A stretch of DNA of 57,846 nt, from the IMG/VR virus record IMGVR_UViG_3300028837_000819, positions 1-57,846 of that record. One strand, given 5' to 3'. A program made the position numbers and the translations under genes. Origin of the DNA: a virus. Taxonomy: Duplodnaviria; Caudoviricetes. The notes below the pieces were generated by a model. The model ran no database searches. It had not been told where the DNA came from and worked only from the letters and a program-made list of their open reading frames with translations. Positions 38,775 to 48,352 of the stretch are shown piece by piece. Positions within the stretch are counted from its first letter, which is position 1; each line of letters opens with the position of its first letter.

Positions 38775-39202
38775 TGGATGGCACGCGCCTATACTCCGGC
38801 CGGACGGTCAAGGTCCTCTCGACCAACTGTATCGAGGTGGCGCTCGACCTCGGGTTTGGGCTGCACCTCAACAAGCGGATCGTGCTGGAAGGGGTCAACA
38901 ACCGGAGCATCCCGAAGAAGCTCAGGAACGCGGCGCAGCACGCGCTCATCGTTCTCGTGGGTGGCAAGCGTGTGCTCGTGCACGTCGATGACACGAAGCA
39001 GGACGGGTTCCTCACCGGCCGCGTCTATCTCGACGAGAAGGTCTACGGCGAGCCGGTCGGGATGACCATCCCCTTTGGCCGGGAGACGCCGTTGCTGGAG
39101 GTCAGTGAGTTCTATCGGTGGCTCGGTGATGTCGAGTTCGACCTCAAGGAAGTGAAGGCCGCGCTGAACGGCAGGAACGGGAAGCCCAAGAAGAATGTCT
39201 AG
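38774..39202 (+). CDS. Degenerate thermonuclease-fold protein
   Basis: Aligns with 11600 (LDLGFG....I.L.GV) but DGD, R and DTPE are replaced by STN, V and NN. Confidence 0.65.
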   Translation: MDGTRLYSGRTVKVLSTNCIEVALDLGFGLHLNKRIVLEGVNNRSIPKKLRNAAQHALIVLVGGKRVLVHVDDTKQDGFLTGRVYLDEKVYGEPVGMTIPFGRETPLLEVSEFYRWLGDVEFDLKEVKAALNGRNGKPKKNV

Positions 39203-40784
39203 CCCATACACATTCGAGAATTCGCTCCGGTACCACGACGTCGCCGTGTACGAGTGGCTCAAGGGCCTGCACGTGGATTACCGGATCAAGGATGACCCGC
39301 TGGTCCTCCGTCCGGACGAAGAGGTCCTCTCGATCTTCGCGTCTCCGTCACGCCCGTTTGCTCAGGTTGCGGACCTACTAGTCGCGCGCGACTTCTTCCA
39401 TGACATGGGCCTTACGCCCGCGCAGATGACGGAGATGGCCGAGGATCAGTTCCACGCGATCCTTCCGTTGCCAATCATCACGATACAGCGCGCGGACCCA
39501 CAGCCGGACACGGAGCTTGCGAGCGTCCCGAAGGTCTTCAGGAGGAAGTACCTCAACCCGCTGACCGGCAAGTGGGAGTTCCACCCGTGGCCCGGTCACT
39601 ATCGGACCGAGTACACCTTCACTCTCTGGTCGCAGAACAAGATGACCGAGGCGTTCCTGCTCGAATGGTTCTACGCACAGATTGGAAAGGTCGGCGCGGC
39701 TGACAACGAGACCTTCATCGCGGTCAATCACGACGAGCCGTGGGGGACCCTCAAGCAGAGCTTCAAGCTGTCGGGAAGTTCCGATCTCTCCGAGCTTGAG
39801 AGCGCAGACAACCCACGCTGGCTCAGGCACGAGTTGTCCTTCTCGCTCCGGACATGGATCATGCGTCTCTCGGCGGTGAGCTACGATTACCACGACCGGC
39901 AGGGCCTCGACGTGGATCAGATCGGGCCGGAAGGTCCGTACGGCAACTGCACCGACGAGGGCACGCCGCTGGATGTCGCCAACACCGGCATTCAGACCCT
40001 CAACCTGTTCGAGTTCTCGTTGCCTCCGAACCGGGTCCCGACGCTCTGGCCGAAGACGGGCAACGCCACCGTGGCGATGGGTGACGAGTCTCCGGGAGGG
40101 ACTTACAAGACGCGGTTCCACCCCACGCTGCGGATCGGCGTCGAGGAGCCAACGGATACCGTCTCGCTCCTCGAACGGCTGTACGTGAAGGACGACGACG
40201 ACCTCGGGATCGTGGGTTTCTCCTTCGCTTACAAGGCCACCCTGCCGGTCGAATTCGAGGTCCACACCAAGGACTACACGGCCGATCAGGAGTTCAGCGC
40301 TTTCAGCCTCGTGCTCCCGGCCGCGAGCCGGTGGAAGAAGGTCCACCGTTTCACGGTCGTGAACAAGGACTCCTTCATCGCGAAAATAGCCGGAATCATG
40401 GGCCAGAACCCGCAGGAAGCCCGTCTGTCCGATCTCGATTTCAGGGTCATTTCCTCGTTGACAAAGGTCCCCCCTACGGGTAACATTGATCTCGGCACGG
40501 AGATAAAATACTTCTGGAATGGTCTTGAAAAAGCCCCATATCTTGGTATCATTGTCGTCGCGGCAACTACCGGGGGCAATAACGAGGTCGTCCTTGAGGA
40601 TGATGACGTGAATCCAGACACCTCGCGATCACAGATCGTCGACGCGGCTGTCAACGTCGGTGCCGTTCTTCTGTCCCAACCCAAGCATAGTTCACTGGCC
40701 CTTCGCGTCCCCAAGGACGTGACGGTCAGCAGTGTGTACGTCCAGAGGTTCCTTCCGGCGTACAATGGAGACGAGCTTGACTGA
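39195..40784 (+). CDS. Tail terminator/sheath stabiliser (gp15-like N-terminus) with a beta-rich C-terminal extension
   Basis: IFASP.R.F, LPLPIITIQR, P..Y..EY.FTLW pattern; directly upstream of the sheath gene. Confidence 0.65.
   Translation: MSSPYTFENSLRYHDVAVYEWLKGLHVDYRIKDDPLVLRPDEEVLSIFASPSRPFAQVADLLVARDFFHDMGLTPAQMTEMAEDQFHAILPLPIITIQRADPQPDTELASVPKVFRRKYLNPLTGKWEFHPWPGHYRTEYTFTLWSQNKMTEAFLLEWFYAQIGKVGAADNETFIAVNHDEPWGTLKQSFKLSGSSDLSELESADNPRWLRHELSFSLRTWIMRLSAVSYDYHDRQGLDVDQIGPEGPYGNCTDEGTPLDVANTGIQTLNLFEFSLPPNRVPTLWPKTGNATVAMGDESPGGTYKTRFHPTLRIGVEEPTDTVSLLERLYVKDDDDLGIVGFSFAYKATLPVEFEVHTKDYTADQEFSAFSLVLPAASRWKKVHRFTVVNKDSFIAKIAGIMGQNPQEARLSDLDFRVISSLTKVPPTGNIDLGTEIKYFWNGLEKAPYLGIIVVAATTGGNNEVVLEDDDVNPDTSRSQIVDAAVNVGAVLLSQPKHSSLALRVPKDVTVSSVYVQRFLPAYNGDELD
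40458..40552 (+). promoter_or_regulatory. Tandem intragenic sigma70-like promoters: TTGACA-N17-TAACAT (40458-40486) and TTGAAA-N16-TATCAT with extended -10 TG (40525-40552)
   Basis: Near-consensus hexamers in an AT-rich patch of the CDS, upstream of the sheath and tube genes. Confidence 0.65.
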
Positions 40785-40808
40785 CCTTGCTGTCAGGAGG
40801 GTAAAGCC

Positions 40809-41015
40809 GTGTCGAACGTGATGATTGCAAACAAGCTCCCGCAGGCCGTCGAGGTCTCGCTGCAGAGCCCCGGTGGTGGCGTCGAGGGCGTCAAGCTGGA
40901 GCCCTACGAGGCTATCCCGAACGACCGCAGGCCGGAGCATGTGGCCGAGTCCAGCGTGACGGGTTACACGCGGGGACTCGCGGAGCGGGGTTACATCCGA
41001 ATCCGCAAGGGCTAA
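40809..41015 (+). CDS. Small hypothetical protein preceding the sheath
   Basis: AGGAGG RBS, GTG start, 68 aa. Confidence 0.65.
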   Translation: MSNVMIANKLPQAVEVSLQSPGGGVEGVKLEPYEAIPNDRRPEHVAESSVTGYTRGLAERGYIRIRKG

Positions 41016-41072
41016 TTCCTCGGTGCTCGCGTGGATGCTTTACTCGCGGGCTGATACGAAGGAGTGACCGTC

Positions 41073-43733
41073 ATGGTGATGGTGAGCGCAGGAATCCAAG
41101 TCAACGAGTTGGACTTCTCCGACTACGCAGTGCGTCTCGGGATCACGAGACCAGTGTTCGTCGGCGGGGCTTCCAAGGGTGCACCCAATACGGTCATCGA
41201 GGTGAACGACGAGGCGGCCCTCGTCGCGGCCTTCGGACCGCCGCTCCTGACGGATTACGGTCTGCAGGCGGCCGTCCAATACCTCCGGAGGGGCGATCAG
41301 CTAAAGTACCTCCGCGTCGGCGACTCCAACATGGAGACGGCGGACCTGCCGATCCCCGGCACGTCCGGAGGGACTCCGGCGGTCGCGGCCACAGGCGCGA
41401 TCAACTTCACCGCGTCGGCGAACCCGACGGACGGTGAGACGATCACCCTGAACGACGGCGTGACGGCCATCGCTGCCACGGGAGACATCGAGTTCACCGG
41501 AGGCACGCAGCCTACGGACGCGGACACGGTGCTCATCGACGATGGCACTGGCGTCGCAGCCGCCGCCAACATCACCTTCACGGTTACGCCCACCACAGGC
41601 GACACGGTCACCGTCGACGACGCCGAGGGCAACAGCGAGACGTTCGAGTTCTCCGATGGCGGTGGCGTCACGCCGGGGAACGTCGAGGTGGACAAGTCCA
41701 CCACCACCGACGCGGGCGCGTCAGAGTTCCGGACTGCGCTCAACGGCACCGGTCTCAACATCACCTGCGGCGCGATCACGGGCGCGGGTCCGTGGGTCGC
41801 CCCGCTCACCCACGACGTCGTGGGAACTACCGGAAACTTCGCCACCATCGCCTCGACCGGGACCACTCCCCCGGCCCATCCGTCCGGGCTCTCCGGCGGT
41901 GCGGGCGCGGTGAAGTTCGAGTTCGATGACGATGCCAGCACCGAGACGGGCCACGTCGCCGTCACCATCGGGGCCACAACGCCCGATACGCTGGACGACA
42001 TGGTGGACAAGATCAACGCCGCCACTGCCATAGACGTGAGCGCGGCGGACACCACCGGGGTCGGCGATCCGACGATCACGTGCACGCACGGGACGCCGGG
42101 CGCGGCCGGGAACAGCGCCACGATGGCAGCGGCCGGAACAACGCCGCCCACCGTGGCCGCCAACTTCACGGGCGGTGCGGACGGGACCGACTACACCTTC
42201 GAGTTCGACGATGACTCCTCGGTCACGCCGGGGAACATCGCCGTCCTGATCGGGGCCACCGCAGCGGCCACGATGGCAAACCTGATCGTCGCTATCAACG
42301 CATCCGCCGTTCAGATCGTGGCGATAGACGCCACGGTCACCGTCCCCAACTGCGCCCTGACGAACTCCGTACCGGGCGACGCGGGGAACAAGACGATCAC
42401 CGAGACGGGCGCGAACATCGGTGTCAGCGGCATGGCCGGAGGCACGGACGCGATCCCCGGCTCGCTCGTCAACGTTATGACTGTCTACGCATCCTCGCCG
42501 GGCACGTGGGGCAACGAGGTGCAGGTCCAGTTCAGGGACAGCATCGTCTTCGATGCCCCGGCGGGCAACTTCGACATGCTGGTGTACGCGCCGGACAACC
42601 CCGGCGGGACCGCCGTCATCAAGGAGACCTTCCTCAACCTCTCGCTCACGTCCTCGGACGCGCGCTTCATCGAGACGGTCATAGATCAGGGGATTCCGGG
42701 CGAGGCCAACCCGTCCGAGTACGTCTCAGTGGATGTGCTCTCGGATGGGACCGTGACGGCCGCGACGTACACCCTCGGGACGGGCGCGGGGACCGTCGGC
42801 AACGACGGCGTGGCGAACATCCTTGCCGCCGACTACATCGGCACCGTGACCGGCACGGTTGCCACTGGACTGCAGGCGATCAGGAATCCCGAGACCGTCG
42901 AGTTCAACCTCATCGCTGTTCCGGGCGTCACGCACAAGGACGTGATCGACGAGGTCGTGGCCCTCAGTCTCTTCCGGGCGGACTGCCTTGCTCTGCAGGA
43001 CCCGCCGTTCGGTCTGGACAAGCAGGGCGTGATCGACTGGCACAACGGCGACAACATTGCCGTGCCGAACGCCCCGACGTCGCCCCTCACGAGCAACCGC
43101 ATGACGATGACCGGGCACGCGTGGGTCAAGAGGTACGATCCGTACAGCGAGACGAGCATCTGGATGCCGCCGTCAGGACAGGTCGCGGCGCAGGCGGCCT
43201 ACACGGATAGCGTGTCGTACCCGTGGTTCCCCATCGCCGGGCACAACCGAGGCATCCTCGACGCCGACGAGGTCGAGTGGAGCCCGGACTCTGACGACCG
43301 TGCGGACCTCGCCTCCGGGCAGAACCGCGTCAACCCCATCGTCGATTTCGTCGGGCAGGGACCCACGCTCTTCGACAACTGGACGCTGCAGAGGACGCCG
43401 ACGGCGCTCGATCAGGTCCACGTGCGCAGGCTGTTGCTCTACGCCGAGAAGCTCTGCGCCACGGCAGTGAAGTACCTCGTCTTCGAGCCACACGATGCGG
43501 TGACTTGGAAGCGTTTCGTGCAGCTTTGCAACCCGATCCTGTCGTCTATCGCGGCAAAGAGGGGCCTTGAGACCTTCAAGGTCATCTGCGACGAGTCCAC
43601 GAACCCGCCGTCGCAGCGGGCCAACAAGGTCATGAAGGGCAAGCTGCTGATGGTGCCGATCAACGCGGTGCGTGAGTTGGTGATGGACTTCGCCATCTAC
43701 GCGTCGGGCACCGAGTTCGAGGAGGAGTCGTAA
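41073..43733 (+). CDS. Contractile tail sheath protein with nested inserted domains
   Basis: SAGIQVNELDFS, FVGGASKG, FGPP, SPGTWGN, NLIAVPG, WMPPSG, PWFPIAGHNRG, VNPI, VRRLL, VFEP, VICDESTN motifs. Confidence 0.95.
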   Translation: MVMVSAGIQVNELDFSDYAVRLGITRPVFVGGASKGAPNTVIEVNDEAALVAAFGPPLLTDYGLQAAVQYLRRGDQLKYLRVGDSNMETADLPIPGTSGGTPAVAATGAINFTASANPTDGETITLNDGVTAIAATGDIEFTGGTQPTDADTVLIDDGTGVAAAANITFTVTPTTGDTVTVDDAEGNSETFEFSDGGGVTPGNVEVDKSTTTDAGASEFRTALNGTGLNITCGAITGAGPWVAPLTHDVVGTTGNFATIASTGTTPPAHPSGLSGGAGAVKFEFDDDASTETGHVAVTIGATTPDTLDDMVDKINAATAIDVSAADTTGVGDPTITCTHGTPGAAGNSATMAAAGTTPPTVAANFTGGADGTDYTFEFDDDSSVTPGNIAVLIGATAAATMANLIVAINASAVQIVAIDATVTVPNCALTNSVPGDAGNKTITETGANIGVSGMAGGTDAIPGSLVNVMTVYASSPGTWGNEVQVQFRDSIVFDAPAGNFDMLVYAPDNPGGTAVIKETFLNLSLTSSDARFIETVIDQGIPGEANPSEYVSVDVLSDGTVTAATYTLGTGAGTVGNDGVANILAADYIGTVTGTVATGLQAIRNPETVEFNLIAVPGVTHKDVIDEVVALSLFRADCLALQDPPFGLDKQGVIDWHNGDNIAVPNAPTSPLTSNRMTMTGHAWVKRYDPYSETSIWMPPSGQVAAQAAYTDSVSYPWFPIAGHNRGILDADEVEWSPDSDDRADLASGQNRVNPIVDFVGQGPTLFDNWTLQRTPTALDQVHVRRLLLYAEKLCATAVKYLVFEPHDAVTWKRFVQLCNPILSSIAAKRGLETFKVICDESTNPPSQRANKVMKGKLLMVPINAVRELVMDFAIYASGTEFEEES

Positions 43734-43773
43734 CCGAAGAGTTTCAAGCGGACTCTGACAGGAGGATAGGACC

Positions 43774-44307
43774 ATGCCCCTTGCACTGTTGAATGCCGAC
43801 CATGTCGGCGAGCAGGGCTTCGAGCCGCAGCGCGTCAACAACGCGCTCATGTACATCTCGGGGCTCGGAGGGAGTGAGGACGTTCTCACTCTGTCCCTCA
43901 ACTCGTTCCCGATCCCCAAGCGGACCATCGGGATACTGGAGGTGGGGTACCTCAACGACAAGAGGAAGTTCGCCGGGAACCCGGTGTACGACGACCTCTC
44001 TGTCATCTTCAAGGACTACGTGGACGCCGAGACGGCCCGCCTCCTCTGGAAGTGGAACTATCTCGTCCACAACCCCGAGAACGGGAAGACCGGCCTCGCC
44101 CGCTCGTACAAGAAGCAGGGGTGGGTCCATCTCCTGTCGCCCGAGGGGTCCATCGAGCGTATCTACGACCTCGTCGGCATCTGGCCGAGCGGCTTTGATG
44201 GCGGCGACGCCGATATGATGGGGGAGGACACCATGAACATCACGGTGACCATCACCATCGACAAGGCGATCCCGAGCACCGGGCTGCGTCCATCGGACGT
44301 TGCTTAG
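43774..44307 (+). CDS. Tail tube protein (T4 gp19-like)
   Basis: FEPQR.N, RKFAG.P.Y, YKK, GIWP motifs; follows the sheath. Confidence 0.9.
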   Translation: MPLALLNADHVGEQGFEPQRVNNALMYISGLGGSEDVLTLSLNSFPIPKRTIGILEVGYLNDKRKFAGNPVYDDLSVIFKDYVDAETARLLWKWNYLVHNPENGKTGLARSYKKQGWVHLLSPEGSIERIYDLVGIWPSGFDGGDADMMGEDTMNITVTITIDKAIPSTGLRPSDVA

Positions 44308-44322
44308 AATCGGCCGGTGATA

Positions 44323-44337
44323 CCAACAATTTGTTGG
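44323..44337. promoter_or_regulatory. Palindromic operator-like site, copy 4 (CCAACAATTTGTTGG), with extended symmetry GTGATA..TGTCAC
   Basis: Intergenic, after the tube gene stop. Confidence 0.8.
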
Positions 44338-44380
44338 TGTCACTGGAAAGTTGACCTCCTTTCAGCGGAAGGAGCATGTT

Positions 44381-45202
44381 ATGTCTGGCGAGCTAGGTTT
44401 CACCACGGCCACGCTGCCGTCGCGTGGCGTCCTCTACAAGGACAAGGACACGGGGGAGGACCTCCTCCCCGGCGGCGAGATTCAGGTTCGTAAGCTGACG
44501 GCGAAGGAGGAGAGCATCCTGATGAATCAGGGTGCGCGTGGCGTCGAGCGCATCGCGATTCTCCTCAAGAACTGCACCAAGCTGCCGAGCCCGAAGCTGG
44601 CGCACGACGATCTTCTCATCACCGACCGGCTGGCGATCCTCCTTGCCATGCGGACCATCACGTTCGGTCCGCACTACACGTTCACCTTCCGGTGCCAGTT
44701 CTGCGGGAACACCGGCAAGGCGAACATCGACATCATCGAGGACCTTGAAGAGCGGACGCCCGAGAAGATTGCCGAGGACCTCCTCCTGAAGGAGAAGATC
44801 GCGAGCGTCGACGACTTCGTGCTCGAAGAGCCGTTCGACGTGCCGCTCACTGACTGCGGCAAGGTCGCTTCACTACGGTTCCTCCGGGGGACGGACGAGG
44901 CTCGCATCGTAAAGCGCACGAAGCGCATGGCGATGCAGTCGAACGATCCGGCGGACCCGTCGTATCTGTACCGGATCGCCCTCCAGTTCACCGCCATCGA
45001 CGGTGAGACTCAGAACATAGCCACAACGGAGGCATTCGTTCGGGACCTGACCGCCGGAGACACCGCACGGATCAGGCTGGCTGTCGACGATACGGAACCG
45101 GGGATTGACCTCAAGGTCTATCCCACGTGCCCGTCGTGTGGTGGCGAGAACGAGAGGATGATGCCGTTCGACGCGGAGTTTTTTCGGCCGTCCGTACTGT
45201 AA
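44381..45202 (+). CDS. Tail/baseplate hub assembly chaperone (T4 gp26-like)
   Basis: LPSRG..Y, LTAKEE.IL, DLL..DR, CQFCG, CPSCG, ends EFFRP; AAGGAG RBS. Confidence 0.8.
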   Translation: MSGELGFTTATLPSRGVLYKDKDTGEDLLPGGEIQVRKLTAKEESILMNQGARGVERIAILLKNCTKLPSPKLAHDDLLITDRLAILLAMRTITFGPHYTFTFRCQFCGNTGKANIDIIEDLEERTPEKIAEDLLLKEKIASVDDFVLEEPFDVPLTDCGKVASLRFLRGTDEARIVKRTKRMAMQSNDPADPSYLYRIALQFTAIDGETQNIATTEAFVRDLTAGDTARIRLAVDDTEPGIDLKVYPTCPSCGGENERMMPFDAEFFRPSVL

Positions 45203-45401
45203 GCTGGAAGACCTCCGAGCGTACGAATTCTTCCTCCTGTACTACGGCCACGGGTACACGCAGACTGGCATCGGTGGCATGACGTTCGACGAGCTTAACT
45301 GGCACGTCAACAAGCTCGCTGAGCAGTTGAAAGAGGAGAAGCGCGTCCGTGACCAGCAGATGAGGAGGCTGAAGTCACGGGCGGCTGCGAGGAGAAGATA
45401 G
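45183..45401 (+). CDS. gp51-like ORF absent from the ORF track, probably reached by a +1/-2 frameshift
   Basis: +1 frame open 45162-45401 (LEDLRAYEFFLLYYGHGYTQTGIGGMTFDELNWHVNKLAEQLKEE..); no start codon before 45279; abuts the tape measure TTG. Confidence 0.7.
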   Translation, partial: FGRPYCKLEDLRAYEFFLLYYGHGYTQTGIGGMTFDELNWHVNKLAEQLKEEKRVRDQQMRRLKSRAAARRR

Positions 45402-48350
45402 TTGGCCTTCAGCGACGACGCCATCGGCTTCTATCTCCAGCTTGAGGATCAACTCACGCCTGCGCTCGCGACGGCTGATTCTTCGTACGAAACCTTCGTC
45501 AAGTCTCTGGAGCGATACAATCAGCGGGCCTTCAAGTCCGCCAACATGGGGATGTCGGCCGTCACTGATCTTGTGGACAGCTTCGGCGCGGTTCCGAAGG
45601 AGGCGGCGAAAGCCTACGACAAGGCGTACTCCGAGATCAAGAAGCGGACCAAGCCCATCACGCAGAGCGTCCGGATCGACTTCAGCCCGAAGACGACGAA
45701 GGGGCTGGCGCGGGCCGTCGAGCAGGGTGTCGCCAAGGCGATGCGCAAGGTCCGGATCAGGCTCTCGGCTGCACGGCCGCTGAGTCGGATCACCGGCTTT
45801 GACACCACCGAGTCGCTCCGGGCTGCATACAAGGGGATGACTCAGCCGCCGGACATGTTCGGCCGGTTCCAGAATATCCCTCGGTTCGCGGAAGGTGGCG
45901 AGGTAACTGGAGGCGGCGGCAAGAAGGACATTGACAACATCCTCGCCATGCTGAAGGAAGGCGAGATTGTCCTACCAGTCGATATCGCCGACGCCCTGAA
46001 GGCCGCCACAGGAAAGAAGCGACCCCCCGCTTGGCTCTCGGCCGCGCTCGCTGAGATGCTCAACGATAAGGTCGCCCCGATGATAAACAAGAACACCGAC
46101 GCGCTGGAGAACGTCAATGATACGGGCGAGGAGACCGTCGGCATCTTCGAGAACCTGATGACCAACATCCTCGGGCAGGCCCGCTTCCTTGCGCTCAACA
46201 AGGCACTGGAAACGGTCCAGACGAGCCTTCAGGGTGTGCAGTCCGCAGGCGGTGACGTGGCAGATCAGATGGGAGCTACCACGGAGGCGTCGCAGGGTCT
46301 CATCGAGAACATGTTCGACTCGAACCGTATGCTTGGGCTCAGCCGCGAGCAGATGTTTGCACTGACCAGCGATGTTGTGAGGTACGCCGCAGCGGTTAGC
46401 GACGGGGCCATAGGTACCGATGAGCTTGGGATGGCGTTCCTTTCGCTGACACAGGCGGGGCTCAGGAATCAGGCGCAGTTGAAGGCGCTCGCCCCGGCCG
46501 TCGCGCTTATCGCCAAGACCACCTTCACCGATCCCGACTCAGCCGCCAAGAGCTTGTATAAGCTCACGGATGCCTACGGCCTCAGCAACGACGCGGCAGT
46601 CGCGTTGTTCGGGACGTTCCGGAACATCGCCGGGAAGACGGCCATCACCGTCGCCGACCTCAACGAGCAGATGCAGACTCAGATGGAGGACTTGGGTGCA
46701 TTCTTCGAGATGAAAGGTCTCAAGCCCGAGCAGATAAAGACCTCGCTCGAAGGCATCGCCATGATGACGGCCGCCTTGTCTGACAACTGGCAGGAGTCCG
46801 GCTCAGCGATGGCCGCCGTGATGGCGGACGCGCTTGCGGGAAATATCGAGGCACAAAAGTCGCTCGGTTTGATGGGGACTAGCTACGAGAAACTTCAAGC
46901 GGCCGTTGTCACGGGTGACCTGAGTCCTGTGCTTGAGCAGATGACCAAGAATTTCGAGGGTGCGGGCGGCGCGGCCGAGAACCTCAAGGACCTCCACGGG
47001 AAGCTCGATATCCCGATCACGGTTGAAGAGTTCGGAAAGTTGATTACCAAGGGTGGCGATACCGTCGCGACGCTTCGTGAACTACAAGGCCAGACCGTCC
47101 CGACCGGGAAGGGGATGGCGGCGATTGCCGCGCAGGGCGAAGAGATGACTTCGATGTTCGACCGGTGGAAGAATTCCATCTCCCTGTTCTTCTCCAAGGG
47201 CTATGGGCTGAAGCTGATCGAGTTCTTCGACGGGTTCAACTTCCAGCTTGCGCACTCAATCGCGTACCTCTTGAAGGATGCAATCGCCTTCACGGTTTGG
47301 GGTGGCAAAGCTGTCCTGTCTATTCTCGGGGTGGCTTGGGCGCGCATCTTTCACGCGAAGGCAGCTACGACCGAGGCAGTCGCCGTGGGCGCGTCGGCGA
47401 CGGCCAGCGCGGCAGCGGCTCCAGCGTCAGTCGGGCTCTCAGCAGGGCTGATGGCGCTCGCTCCGGCGATCCCCGTGATCCTTGGGCTCGCCGCCGCCGT
47501 GGTCATGATCGGCGCGGCTCTCTGGCTCGCAACGCCAGCCTTCAAGGTCTTCGCCGACGTAATCAAGACGGGCATGGGTATGTTCATGGACATGTTCGGC
47601 ATCCTTGTGGAGACTCCACCGACTCAGATACTCGCATCCGTCGGGGCGCTCTATGCGATGGCGGGAGCCTTCCCGTTGCTCGGTCTCGGCATTCTCACCT
47701 TCAGCAACGCACTCGGGATGTCCGCTCCGGGCCTACTGATCTTCGCCGGGGCCGTCGCAGTCCTCGGCGGGGCTCTCGGTCCGACAGCGGGACTCCACGA
47801 CGTCCTGACGCGGCTCATGTCGATCTTCATCTTCGAGCCCGGCATGGCCGACGAGGCGCTCGCTGGAATGGCAGCCGCCGTGAAGTTCGTCGCCGGGTAC
47901 GTGACGATCATGGGGGCTCTGACGGCGCTTGCCGCCGGGGCGGTCGTGGCAAGCATCACCGGGGCGGTTCTGGAGTTCTTTGGGGTTGGCTCGCCGCTTG
48001 AGGCGCTGGTCGCGCGCGGGCGCGGGGTACTCGGGACCCTCAAGCCTCTCATGGCCGAGTTCGCCGAGCTTGGGTTCGGCGCTACCAAGATTGAAGTCAG
48101 TCCGGGGACGCTCCAGCAGATCACCGGCCGCCCGATCCTCAATGTCGGGGACATCGAGGAGGCGATCCTCGTCAGGCTGGACCCGGAGTCCACCGATGTG
48201 CAGGTCCGCGACGCAGTCCTCGAACAGACCGGAGTGCTACAGCGGTTCCTCGACGAGATTCGTTTCGGTCGCGCGCCCGGAGCCGACAAGGGTAAAGGGA
48301 CGGCCACGGCTAGTAAGGCCACACGTGAAATAGCCTTTGGGAAAGCCTAA
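45402..48350 (+). CDS. Tail tape measure protein
   Basis: 982-aa Ala/Gly-rich helical protein with hydrophobic segments; FAEGG.V.G..D...AML..GE.V motif; follows the chaperones. Confidence 0.85.
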   Translation: MAFSDDAIGFYLQLEDQLTPALATADSSYETFVKSLERYNQRAFKSANMGMSAVTDLVDSFGAVPKEAAKAYDKAYSEIKKRTKPITQSVRIDFSPKTTKGLARAVEQGVAKAMRKVRIRLSAARPLSRITGFDTTESLRAAYKGMTQPPDMFGRFQNIPRFAEGGEVTGGGGKKDIDNILAMLKEGEIVLPVDIADALKAATGKKRPPAWLSAALAEMLNDKVAPMINKNTDALENVNDTGEETVGIFENLMTNILGQARFLALNKALETVQTSLQGVQSAGGDVADQMGATTEASQGLIENMFDSNRMLGLSREQMFALTSDVVRYAAAVSDGAIGTDELGMAFLSLTQAGLRNQAQLKALAPAVALIAKTTFTDPDSAAKSLYKLTDAYGLSNDAAVALFGTFRNIAGKTAITVADLNEQMQTQMEDLGAFFEMKGLKPEQIKTSLEGIAMMTAALSDNWQESGSAMAAVMADALAGNIEAQKSLGLMGTSYEKLQAAVVTGDLSPVLEQMTKNFEGAGGAAENLKDLHGKLDIPITVEEFGKLITKGGDTVATLRELQGQTVPTGKGMAAIAAQGEEMTSMFDRWKNSISLFFSKGYGLKLIEFFDGFNFQLAHSIAYLLKDAIAFTVWGGKAVLSILGVAWARIFHAKAATTEAVAVGASATASAAAAPASVGLSAGLMALAPAIPVILGLAAAVVMIGAALWLATPAFKVFADVIKTGMGMFMDMFGILVETPPTQILASVGALYAMAGAFPLLGLGILTFSNALGMSAPGLLIFAGAVAVLGGALGPTAGLHDVLTRLMSIFIFEPGMADEALAGMAAAVKFVAGYVTIMGALTALAAGAVVASITGAVLEFFGVGSPLEALVARGRGVLGTLKPLMAEFAELGFGATKIEVSPGTLQQITGRPILNVGDIEEAILVRLDPESTDVQVRDAVLEQTGVLQRFLDEIRFGRAPGADKGKGTATASKATREIAFGKA

Positions 48351-48352
48351 TT

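Noticed and set aside
41073-41084. ATGGTG x2 at the sheath start as a third duplication event
   Set aside because: Only 6 bp, in frame, and plausible by chance; no effect on the reading frame.
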